A DNA stretch of 64,000 nt from a virus. Taxonomy: Duplodnaviria > Caudoviricetes. The stretch spans positions 3,406 through 67,405 of IMG/VR virus record IMGVR_UViG_3300030090_003111. One strand, 5' to 3'. Shown here one piece after another: positions 40,010 through 48,227 of the stretch; position 1 is the first letter of the stretch, and the number at the start of each line of letters is the position of its first letter. A program made the position numbers and the translations under genes. The notes beneath the pieces were generated by a model. The model was not told where the DNA came from. It saw only the letters and a program-made list of their open reading frames with translations, and did no database searches.

Positions 40010-40023
40010 TATATAAAGCTTTC
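40010..40023 (-). promoter_or_regulatory. BRE-TATA promoter, near-leaderless
   Basis: Exact motif, 20 nt before ATG 39989. Confidence 0.8.
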
Positions 40024-40024
40024 G

Positions 40025-41101
40025 CTACTCGCATGGACAGGAGTCACATTTACAGAGATTTCTTGCTTTTAAAGTCTCCTTTCTGTATCTCCAGCCAAAG
40101 TTTTCACTAAACTTTACAATTTGTCTACCGGGCACAGTCGGGTCATCATTATACCAACCATGGTCACCAGCAGGTTCATTATAGATAAATCTGAATACAT
40201 TAGAGATGTCCGTTAGGCTCCAATTTGCATTCAATAACTCACCTACAATAGCTTTATTCTCTTCATAAGAACTGTGTCCCTCTACTATATTATGCTCTAT
40301 AAGCTTAATAATACACTCTCTAGGTGCTAAATAGGGCCTATCCTTAATAGAGCCTGAGAAAGTTCTTATTACAAATTTGTCTTTCCCATTGAGCTTATCT
40401 AATAGGTAATCTACACTATTAGAAACGGTGTGTTTTATATCAGCCTCATCACAAAGGAAATCTACCATATCTCTTTGTGCCCGTTTTGATTTAACTATGT
40501 CGAGTCTATCTCTGGGTTCCATTGCTAGTCCATACAATTCCTCTATATCCATAGTCATAACCTCCTCAACTGATAGGGGTACACACCAAACGCCTGTAGG
40601 TTCCCCAGTCAATTTACTAATATATTGAGTGTTGGGAATCCTTCTTAAGCAAGCTACACTATTATTAATGCAAGCTTGGTCAAGTGTACTTAATTTATAC
40701 TTTGTCTTCAGATGCGTCAAATACTCTCGTAAAGCTTGTCGCTTCTGGTCGTCCGATAAGTCCAACGGGGAGTAGAAGTCTATGTTCATTTGAAAGCCCT
40801 TCCCCCCTGTAAGATATATCCTTGGGGTAATTTTGTTCGGTTTGCAATACCGCCTTAAAAACTTTCTTATATCTTTTAAACATTTACTCACATCCTTGTC
40901 GTGGTCAAAATCAAACCATATACCGTTAAGAATTGCAGAATCATAGTTAGGCTTACCATCTACATCTTTCATATCATCAAATACGTAGACACTGGTATAA
41001 CAGCTTTTGTTACCGTTATACTCTTCCATCAGCTTCTCTATATCTTCAGCTGAATAACATCTAGCTATTCTGGCTGGGATTCCGAATTCTCTGTAATACA
41101 T
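40025..41101 (-). CDS. Archaeo-eukaryotic primase (PriS-like)
   Basis: CYTSVY, IWFDFD, TGGKGFQ, RRIPNT motifs; ATG 41101 with GGAG RBS preferred over 41131. Confidence 0.85.
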   Translation of the reverse strand: MYYREFGIPARIARCYSAEDIEKLMEEYNGNKSCYTSVYVFDDMKDVDGKPNYDSAILNGIWFDFDHDKDVSKCLKDIRKFLRRYCKPNKITPRIYLTGGKGFQMNIDFYSPLDLSDDQKRQALREYLTHLKTKYKLSTLDQACINNSVACLRRIPNTQYISKLTGEPTGVWCVPLSVEEVMTMDIEELYGLAMEPRDRLDIVKSKRAQRDMVDFLCDEADIKHTVSNSVDYLLDKLNGKDKFVIRTFSGSIKDRPYLAPRECIIKLIEHNIVEGHSSYEENKAIVGELLNANWSLTDISNVFRFIYNEPAGDHGWYNDDPTVPGRQIVKFSENFGWRYRKETLKARNLCKCDSCPCE

Positions 41102-41418
41102 TCTTTTAATATCTCCACTCGTTGACACCAATCTGTAGGTATAGCGAATATATCTGCACCATCACATTGTGAACCGTGCATTACTAATACAGTAGCGTGT
41201 TCGTCTTGTGCTACCATTTCACCTACTGTCTCACATATAGTGAGATGTTCTTTTGGGTCTTCTGCATTTATACGGTAGGTCTTGAATGTGCTGGCTGCAT
41301 CATACCAAGTAACTTTAACTATAGGGCCAACAGAACCTAATGTTTCTGCTGTTCTACCTGTATTATCTACCATGTTTCCACTTCTAGTGTTTATTTTTTT
41401 CTCTTTTAGTTTTGTCAT
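41065..41418 (-). CDS. Conserved phage hypothetical protein
   Basis: VKVTWYDAA...CETVGEMV...FAIP pattern. Confidence 0.65.
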   Translation of the reverse strand: MTKLKEKKINTRSGNMVDNTGRTAETLGSVGPIVKVTWYDAASTFKTYRINAEDPKEHLTICETVGEMVAQDEHATVLVMHGSQCDGADIFAIPTDWCQRVEILKECITENSESQPE

Positions 41419-41767
41419 TTTTCCATTCCTCGTACATTTGTGCTACAATACCTAAATCACCTATGTGTTTATAAAACTTTGCATGAGATGGTGTCTCATC
41501 TACGTTTATATAATCAATTGGTCTGTCAAATATTAATCTATTATATGGTATTTGATTTAATTGTAACCATTGTTCAGTAGCAAATTTAACTGCTAAATCA
41601 TTAGGTCTCTCACACCATATAGTTATGTGGTGTTCTTTATCAGCCCACTGCATAAACTCTACTACATCTTCTATTGGTTTACAGTCTTTTATATATTCTA
41701 CTATACCAAACTGTATACCTTTAGCAGGTGTACATATAATATTGTCTAAACCGAAAACTAGGTTCAT
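41384..41767 (-). CDS. HAD-superfamily-like protein (first catalytic Asp replaced)
   Basis: LVFGLDNIIC, ITIWCER, TEQWLQLNQIPYNRLIF. Confidence 0.6.
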   Translation of the reverse strand: MNLVFGLDNIICTPAKGIQFGIVEYIKDCKPIEDVVEFMQWADKEHHITIWCERPNDLAVKFATEQWLQLNQIPYNRLIFDRPIDYINVDETPSHAKFYKHIGDLGIVAQMYEEWKNDKTKREKNKH

Positions 41768-41958
41768 TGTTTAATTGCAATAATATCTTTTTTGTTTACA
41801 ATAACTGTGCCTTTATCGCCAGTTAGATACACAAAATTCTCGTCGTCGTTGGTTATTTTACCACGACCAACTTTCGTTCTATCCTCTTCTCTCCAGACTA
41901 TCTTAACTTCATCGTCCTTAAGGAAAGTCATTAATCCTTTCATATCATTTTCTTCCAT
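41764..41958 (-). CDS. Small Sm/LSm-like beta-barrel protein
   Basis: VKIVWRE...GRGKITNDDENFVYL...TVIVNKKDIIAIK; GGAG RBS. Confidence 0.5.
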   Translation of the reverse strand: MEENDMKGLMTFLKDDEVKIVWREEDRTKVGRGKITNDDENFVYLTGDKGTVIVNKKDIIAIKQ

Positions 41959-41970
41959 ATTTACTCCGTT

Positions 41971-41996
41971 ATAGGAGCGGCAACGCGCCGTCCTAT
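41971..41996 (-). promoter_or_regulatory. 5'-UTR hairpin of the Sm-like gene transcript
   Basis: ATAGGA-G-CGGC-AACGC-GCCG-TCCTAT at the predicted TSS. Confidence 0.4.
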
Positions 41997-42016
41997 ATAT
42001 ACTTAGTATAAGCTAC

Positions 42017-42030
42017 TATATAAAGCTTTC
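42017..42030 (-). promoter_or_regulatory. BRE-TATA promoter of primase operon
   Basis: Exact motif. Confidence 0.8.
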
Positions 42031-42836
42031 TATACTTCTAGGTTTAATTCCACCTCTTTTTCAGTAGTTCCTGATAAAGATAGGAATATTTCCGACTTGT
42101 AATCTAATACAACTTCGGGAAACCTTCTACCTGCTACAAGTGTGATAAATCCTTGGTCACCACCGAAAAGATTCTCATCCCACCATCCTTCTGGTATAAG
42201 TTTCATTACTTCTCCATAGAAGTCTATCATATATTCTCTTTCACCTATCCATGTCCCACTACATAGATGTTTAAAAGGAGAACCCAGCCACTCATAGACT
42301 TCTTCTGTTTCTCTGACCTTAGCTAGTTCATTCTTCCATGAACCTAAATCTAAAGGTGCATCTCCTGATGAATCTGCTAGTCCTTGTCCTGTTTTTAGAT
42401 TAGGCCATTGATTTAACTCTGCACCAAACACGCAACGTGCTGTTTTCTTAACAAACTTACCTAATGCTTCATCACAAGCATCGTAACCTAACAACATAAC
42501 ATCAGTAGCATCTAAAGCCATTACATACTTAGTTTGTACAATCTTTAAATACTTCTCCATTTTTCTAATTTTATCTAAGAAATCAAATGGTTGTTTCATA
42601 GGTATAACTATAAGTCTGTCTTTTATACCCATCTGTTGCATACAGTTTTCTAACAACGTAGATTCACCGGGCACACTCCATGTTATAACAGTTAGTTCAT
42701 CACTTAACTGTCCATGACAAGGATTTTCTTTGAAATAGTGTGTAACTGCATCGTCCCAGTATTTTTCGTGCTTTGCGGGGCCATTGGCGTGCACGATAGA
42801 CACCATGTTGTTAGATAGTTTGTTTCTAAAATACAT
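42030..42836 (-). CDS. PLOD/LH3-type glycosyltransferase domain, circularly permuted
   Basis: LTVITW, LDATDV, FGAE..WP, LCSGTWIG, GDQGFIT, LDYKSEIF match LH3 GT motifs recalled from memory; HANGPAK segment is at the N-terminus. Confidence 0.8.
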   Translation of the reverse strand: MYFRNKLSNNMVSIVHANGPAKHEKYWDDAVTHYFKENPCHGQLSDELTVITWSVPGESTLLENCMQQMGIKDRLIVIPMKQPFDFLDKIRKMEKYLKIVQTKYVMALDATDVMLLGYDACDEALGKFVKKTARCVFGAELNQWPNLKTGQGLADSSGDAPLDLGSWKNELAKVRETEEVYEWLGSPFKHLCSGTWIGEREYMIDFYGEVMKLIPEGWWDENLFGGDQGFITLVAGRRFPEVVLDYKSEIFLSLSGTTEKEVELNLEV

Positions 42837-43429
42837 TAAAGAGACTCCACCATCTCAGTCATATCTGGTTGTTTTTCCCATAGATTTATAGCTATGGCGT
42901 ATCTCTTACCCTTTGTTATCTCAGTAACAGCATGTAACTGACCTGCATCAAATATAACTAATCTATTAGGCACTGGTGCAATCAATTCGTATGGTGCTGT
43001 CAAGTCCATCTCTTTAGTGTCATATATCTTCAGATATCCACCTTCACACTGTGGCTCTCCCATAGGAGGATAATATACTGTTCCTAGTTTAGGACTCACT
43101 ATTTCTCCTGTCTGGTGCCAGTGTGCTTCATCTTTATCAAAGTGATGGTTTAACGCATAACCTTGATTAATAGCTGCACCATTAGTGATAACTTTATCTT
43201 TAGATAATATACCTGTCCAGTGTTCAAAACCTTCTAGAGATGTACCTTGTAGTTGTGGTGGACAATTGTTTCTCCAAATAGTTTCAATCAATTCATGTCT
43301 AGTGTCCATAGGAGAATTACTATTCCACCATCCTTTCCACCACCTGTAACCTTCTTTCCAAAAATCTTCATCTTTTTGAATTTTAGAAAGTAATTTTTCG
43401 TCCTTTACAAAATCGTCAATTATTATCAT
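42836..43429 (-). CDS. 2OG-Fe(II) oxygenase (prolyl-4-hydroxylase-like)
   Basis: HFD...EGGYL...NRLVIFD...LHAV...KRYAIAINLW; ATGA coupling gives start 43429. Confidence 0.88.
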   Translation of the reverse strand: MIIIDDFVKDEKLLSKIQKDEDFWKEGYRWWKGWWNSNSPMDTRHELIETIWRNNCPPQLQGTSLEGFEHWTGILSKDKVITNGAAINQGYALNHHFDKDEAHWHQTGEIVSPKLGTVYYPPMGEPQCEGGYLKIYDTKEMDLTAPYELIAPVPNRLVIFDAGQLHAVTEITKGKRYAIAINLWEKQPDMTEMVESL

Positions 43430-44070
43430 CGGTAATGGTCTCCTCCAACCCATAATACAAGTGATTCTCTAGTACCTTTGGTAACTTCAGAAACTCTATG
43501 CATCATATAAGATGGGAATATTACTACTGTTCCTTTACCACGTGGTGCATCTAATGGATTTTGTCCTCTCCATAGTTGTAACTTACCACCTTCATAGTCA
43601 TCTGGGTCTGTAAGTTGTACGGTCAAACTAACCTTTCTATGTCTCTGCATACCGTGTCCTGCATCCATGTGCCAGTCATAGTGGCCTCCGCCTTCCTTAT
43701 ATATGGTATGTTGTATAGCATCTCTACCGTGAGACAAATTAAAGTTCCATACATTTCTATTGGCTTCTTCTATCATGGTCCATAATCTTTTATATAACCA
43801 TTCGAAATCATCACCAGTATAAACTTTCTTACCATTTGTATATGGTGCGTTACCATATAACCATCTTACTTCTGATTTTCTTATACCATCGTTCGCAGTA
43901 TCACTGTCACCTGTCGTACCTGATTCAGGTGGTACTCTCATAGCTTCCTTTTGTATTGTTTTTATTTCTTCATCGGTAAATGCTTTTTCAAAATAATAAA
44001 ATTCAGCCATATTTACATGACTCTCATCTATTCCATCTACCCACATATTTACTTTTTCTAATTCCATCAT
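43426..44070 (-). CDS. 2OG-Fe(II) oxygenase (PKHD/P4H-like)
   Basis: HYDWHMD, RKVSLTVQL, YEGGKL, IFPSYMMHRV, GTRESLVLW. Confidence 0.9.
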   Translation of the reverse strand: MMELEKVNMWVDGIDESHVNMAEFYYFEKAFTDEEIKTIQKEAMRVPPESGTTGDSDTANDGIRKSEVRWLYGNAPYTNGKKVYTGDDFEWLYKRLWTMIEEANRNVWNFNLSHGRDAIQHTIYKEGGGHYDWHMDAGHGMQRHRKVSLTVQLTDPDDYEGGKLQLWRGQNPLDAPRGKGTVVIFPSYMMHRVSEVTKGTRESLVLWVGGDHYR

Positions 44071-44621
44071 TACTCCTCATTAAAAAAGAATGTTTGAAAC
44101 AGTCTTGCTGATTCTAAATCTTCTCCAAAATAATCATCTGCTGCGTGCCATAAATCACCATTAAATATTATAGCTCTGTTATAAACGTTAGATATAACAT
44201 CTTCCCTAGTCCATTTATCATAATTATTACCATCACCTTCTATAGCTGCTCCATTATCATCAAAGATACGAGAGCCTGTTTCTTTATGTTTATAAAAGGA
44301 TGTACCTGAATTAGGTGCAGGGTCTGGATGTAAATATACTAAACATGACCAGTCTGTAGCAGTATCTGCGTGTACCCATGTTGGTGTATCCTTTGTTACA
44401 TACTGAAAAGAACCTGTGTATTCTCCTACTTTCCAGTGCATTTCATCTATGTTAATATTCATTATTCTTTCTAGATGTGCTCTAACATCGTCTTCTACGA
44501 ATGTTTCTGTTCTCATGCCGGGATAATTACCTTTGACTCCAAACTCTTGTGATAGAGCAAATTCTCTAATCGCGTCAGGGTCATGATAAAATCCATCAAT
44601 TACTATTATTTCTCTATTCAT
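44070..44621 (-). CDS. 2OG-Fe(II) oxygenase (DUF6445-like)
   Basis: IIVIDGFYHDPDAIREFAL, YPGMRT, WVHAD, SGTSFYKH, NRAIIF...WHAA...RLFQTFF. Confidence 0.85.
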   Translation of the reverse strand: MNREIIVIDGFYHDPDAIREFALSQEFGVKGNYPGMRTETFVEDDVRAHLERIMNINIDEMHWKVGEYTGSFQYVTKDTPTWVHADTATDWSCLVYLHPDPAPNSGTSFYKHKETGSRIFDDNGAAIEGDGNNYDKWTREDVISNVYNRAIIFNGDLWHAADDYFGEDLESARLFQTFFFNEE

Positions 44622-45229
44622 TATAACTCCTTTTTAACAAAAGAGACAATAATGTATCTTTTCCCTTTTGTAGTTGGTCTTCCACCATGTCTGTGTGTCA
44701 CACTAGGAAATAGTGTACATGCACCTGCTTTAGGATTAGCTAGTATTTGTTGTCTTGGAAACCATGTTCCTCCACCCTCAAAGTTAGTATTTAATCCTAC
44801 TGTAAAAGTATAATCAGCATGGTCATGGTGTATATCCAAAGCTGACTGGTCTTCATCAGTATACTTAGCTATAAAATCTTCTGATGTAGCATTATTCCAT
44901 GATGTACCTACTAGTCCCCATATATGTCTAGCTATAGGGTGGCAATATGTTTTAAGAACGTAGTTATACATTTCTTTTAAATCTAAGTCATCAAGTAACA
45001 TATCAGTTGTTGGGTAAAAGTTATGTCTTTCTTTAGTCCACTTGCCATTATCTTCAGCGTGTTCTATTATTAAATCACAGAATTCTTTTGTAAATAAAGG
45101 GAACCTATAAATCTCAGGACCTACTTCTTCTACTACTAAATCCCACTGTTTATCTCTAGTTCCTCTAGATATCATCTTCTTTGCCCATGCTTCTGGGTCT
45201 ATCTTATATGCACTTAGTTTGGGGTTCAT
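44621..45229 (-). CDS. PLOD-like lysyl hydroxylase catalytic domain
   Basis: IYRFPLFTKEFCD..I...E..G.W, PTTD, FIAKY..EDQ..L..HHD..YT..VGLN..FEGGGT, HRHGGRPTT.G.RYIIVSFV parallel the LH3 C-terminal domain. Confidence 0.85.
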   Translation of the reverse strand: MNPKLSAYKIDPEAWAKKMISRGTRDKQWDLVVEEVGPEIYRFPLFTKEFCDLIIEHAEDNGKWTKERHNFYPTTDMLLDDLDLKEMYNYVLKTYCHPIARHIWGLVGTSWNNATSEDFIAKYTDEDQSALDIHHDHADYTFTVGLNTNFEGGGTWFPRQQILANPKAGACTLFPSVTHRHGGRPTTKGKRYIIVSFVKKEL

Positions 45230-46011
45230 TTCACAGCTCCGTCAGGTAGACCTGTATCACTACCTACTACAGCAAATTCTCTTTGCCATACTACATGTGG
45301 GTCTACTGCATATGCATTCATGGTGGGAGGGTATTTAAAGCTTACGTCGCTACGTGGATGTTCAACAAATGTAGCAGATAAAAACTCATCTGCTGGTATT
45401 ATAGCTTTGTGTACATTATATTTTCTTATCTTTTCTATACCTGATTTAGATAATACATACCCATACGTGCAGTATGAAAAGTTTGGTTTGACTATACCTG
45501 ATACTATAGGTTCTTCAGGTATTGTTTGTGGTACTCTTCCAAGATATAACAAATCCCAATCTATACCCATAGTTTCTAAAGTATCTATGGTTACATCTCT
45601 TTTAATTTCCATAGCTTTAGTAAATACAGCGTCATCTTCAAGTATAGTTACAGGTCCATCACATTCATTCCATATAGACCAATGGCTTAGTGTACAACCT
45701 ATTTCTCCTCCTGTTAAAGGTCTTGACCACCATTTAGCCCATGATTGGTCTATTGATAGAGCTTCTCCTTCATCCATCTCCCAATCAAATAGACCGAATC
45801 CATTCTCTTCTAACCACTTATCCGTTATATCTTTTCCTACTTTGTTGTAAGGCCAGTGTGTGGTAAACTCAACACGTAAGTCAGGGGCTATAAAACCTTC
45901 TTCATTCTTTCTACCTTCTTCTTCTATTTCAAAACCATTTTCTCTTAGCATGGTATCACAAAGAAGTCTTCTATCTTCTCTGGTTGGTATGTTAATGATA
46001 TAGGTCTTCAT
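45226..46011 (-). CDS. GT25 glycosyltransferase, procollagen galactosyltransferase (COLGALT)-like
   Basis: RPLTGGEIGCTLSH..IW, ILEDD, WDLLYLGR, SYCTYGYVLS..G..K, IPADEFL....HP...AYAVDP...SDT; ATGA coupling to polB gives start 46011. Confidence 0.85.
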   Translation of the reverse strand: MKTYIINIPTREDRRLLCDTMLRENGFEIEEEGRKNEEGFIAPDLRVEFTTHWPYNKVGKDITDKWLEENGFGLFDWEMDEGEALSIDQSWAKWWSRPLTGGEIGCTLSHWSIWNECDGPVTILEDDAVFTKAMEIKRDVTIDTLETMGIDWDLLYLGRVPQTIPEEPIVSGIVKPNFSYCTYGYVLSKSGIEKIRKYNVHKAIIPADEFLSATFVEHPRSDVSFKYPPTMNAYAVDPHVVWQREFAVVGSDTGLPDGAVK

Positions 46012-48227
46012 ACCCACTCCATAAGACTCTGTTGTTTCCTATCTAGTAAGGTGAGCGGTGCTTTCTTTTGTATAGTATGTGCTAGACCAAATTTATCTAA
46101 TAACTTAGATACAATGTTCCAATAATACTGTACATCTAAATCTGACTTAGATTTCACAAGTTCCTTTATCCTATACCCATCTTTTGTTTTATAATACTCG
46201 TAGGTAGTTCTTATCTCTGGTTGTATACCTACTGTTATACCTTGTTCTACTAATGGTATCATCATGTCCGTTTCTGATTTATAATCTTCGAACTTCCTGT
46301 TTAGTGTCCTTCTTTGTAAGAACATCTCCATGGGTAACTCATCAAAGTTATATATATCTTCAATAAACTTCGAATTCACTCTATTATCCAATCTTGCGTC
46401 AATTAACCTATCAAGAATGGATTTGTAAAACTCGCTTCTTGTTGAAGCTTTAAAAGTCGAGCCATGTTTGGTAAGACTATTGTCCTCATTACGAAGGCAA
46501 TAATTACCAATTTGTATCCAAATTCCTTCTTTAAAAACATCTTTATCCAACGATATCCATTTAGATTCTACATTTGGTATTGTAGCTTCTAATATCAATC
46601 TTAATCTTTTAGTTAGCCATTCTACGTCAATATCACAATTAGTATTGATACCATCAGTGTGAACATAAACCACAGCTTTATCTCCATATTTTTTCCTGAT
46701 GAGTTCGATTCCCGTAGTAAGTAAAAACCTAGCAACCGCAGTAATTGCAATACCAACAGACATATCACCGTAGTTGAGGTAAGGGTTTGTATTAGCTCCA
46801 TAGAATGTATTCACCATAATCTTTAACGCATTGGACTTACTATCTCCTTCTTTAGTTCCCATTTCCTTAAAAGGTTTCCTAAGTTCTGTGAATTGTTTAC
46901 ACATATCATAGAGACAGCTGCGTCTATTACTGTCTATTCTAACCTTTACTCTTTTACCTATACGATTGTCAGGTATATAAAGGTTTCCATTCTTGAACTC
47001 TAATTTGTCACTATACTCATCATATCCTACAATTGTAGTAGTATCAGGACCTAAATTAAGAGCCATAGCTATAGATGGATAGAAAGAAGCAAAGTCCACT
47101 TTTATATTCTTAGCGTGGAATCCCGGTTCAAACAAATCTATATATGCAGCTTGAAAGTTACCTTTAGGTCCTTTGTATATATCTGTATGTCTGTCTTTGT
47201 TTATATCATCTGTTATGATATTCTGTTCATACAGCGCTCTACCTTGTAGAATCTTTGTGACATATGAACTTGGTGCGTTGATATATGTTTCTAGTGGCAC
47301 ACCAATAAATTCCGCAGTGAACTCCAGTCTTGGATAGTAGTGGTCAAAAAGATACTTTGTACAATCTACATCAGACAGGACATAATCGTGGATTTCAGAT
47401 AAGCTGTAATCAAGTAAATCCTTTTCAGCAAAGTCCAATTCAATTGGTTCTAGACCGAAATATTTACTCACAGGCTTAAGACCACGTGGTAATCCTGAGA
47501 GTGCGTAATCAAGGCGTGTATGTCTTAAGATATCAAGAACTACTCTACCTCCAGCACGCATTCGTAAATCGTCAGAATCTTTCTGAGGTTGCCAACCATA
47601 GTCTGACCCATCACGATTCAACAATTTCTTGTAGTTACGTATGCCATGATAGGCTGCACGATATAGAATCTGAGGGATATCATAACCTACAAGGTTATAT
47701 CCATAGATTATATCTGGGTCATATTCTTTAACGAACTTAGCAAAATCCATAAGGACTTGCTTGTCATCTTCTCCATCCCATAGATAGACTTCACGTTCTC
47801 CGGTTGAAGTGACAATCCCGATTGCCACTACGGGGTAGTTTTCCCCGAAGGGAAACGACCCGTCAGGACTATGAGTCTCTATATCAAAACAGAGAGATTT
47901 CACAGGTTGGTCATTTGCGAATTTATTAAAGTAATCTGGATGCTCTATTACGAGTCTATCCATAATATTTTCTCTACCTCCATCAAGTATTAGGCTCGAT
48001 GGAAGCTCTTCACCGGCTCTATAATACTCCTTTCGCAGCAAGATAGAGCCCTCTTTGCCTGTTCTATTGTACTGTTTGCCAGTCTCAGCATCAGGTACAT
48101 AACAGTAGGGCTTATAAGGTACAACGTGGCTTTCTTTCTTACCATTACGCCACATTATACTTTGTAAGTTACCAGTCTCTAGGTTAACTGTGTTGGGGCT
48201 ACATATACCAATAAGGGGTACTTTCAC
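46008..48227 (-). CDS. polB: Family B DNA polymerase with 3'-5' exonuclease
   Basis: FDIET, YNLVGYDIP, YVLSD exo motifs; DFASFYPSI, KIMVNTFYG, YVHTDG polymerase motifs. Confidence 0.95.
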   Translation of the reverse strand: MKVPLIGICSPNTVNLETGNLQSIMWRNGKKESHVVPYKPYCYVPDAETGKQYNRTGKEGSILLRKEYYRAGEELPSSLILDGGRENIMDRLVIEHPDYFNKFANDQPVKSLCFDIETHSPDGSFPFGENYPVVAIGIVTSTGEREVYLWDGEDDKQVLMDFAKFVKEYDPDIIYGYNLVGYDIPQILYRAAYHGIRNYKKLLNRDGSDYGWQPQKDSDDLRMRAGGRVVLDILRHTRLDYALSGLPRGLKPVSKYFGLEPIELDFAEKDLLDYSLSEIHDYVLSDVDCTKYLFDHYYPRLEFTAEFIGVPLETYINAPSSYVTKILQGRALYEQNIITDDINKDRHTDIYKGPKGNFQAAYIDLFEPGFHAKNIKVDFASFYPSIAMALNLGPDTTTIVGYDEYSDKLEFKNGNLYIPDNRIGKRVKVRIDSNRRSCLYDMCKQFTELRKPFKEMGTKEGDSKSNALKIMVNTFYGANTNPYLNYGDMSVGIAITAVARFLLTTGIELIRKKYGDKAVVYVHTDGINTNCDIDVEWLTKRLRLILEATIPNVESKWISLDKDVFKEGIWIQIGNYCLRNEDNSLTKHGSTFKASTRSEFYKSILDRLIDARLDNRVNSKFIEDIYNFDELPMEMFLQRRTLNRKFEDYKSETDMMIPLVEQGITVGIQPEIRTTYEYYKTKDGYRIKELVKSKSDLDVQYYWNIVSKLLDKFGLAHTIQKKAPLTLLDRKQQSLMEWV

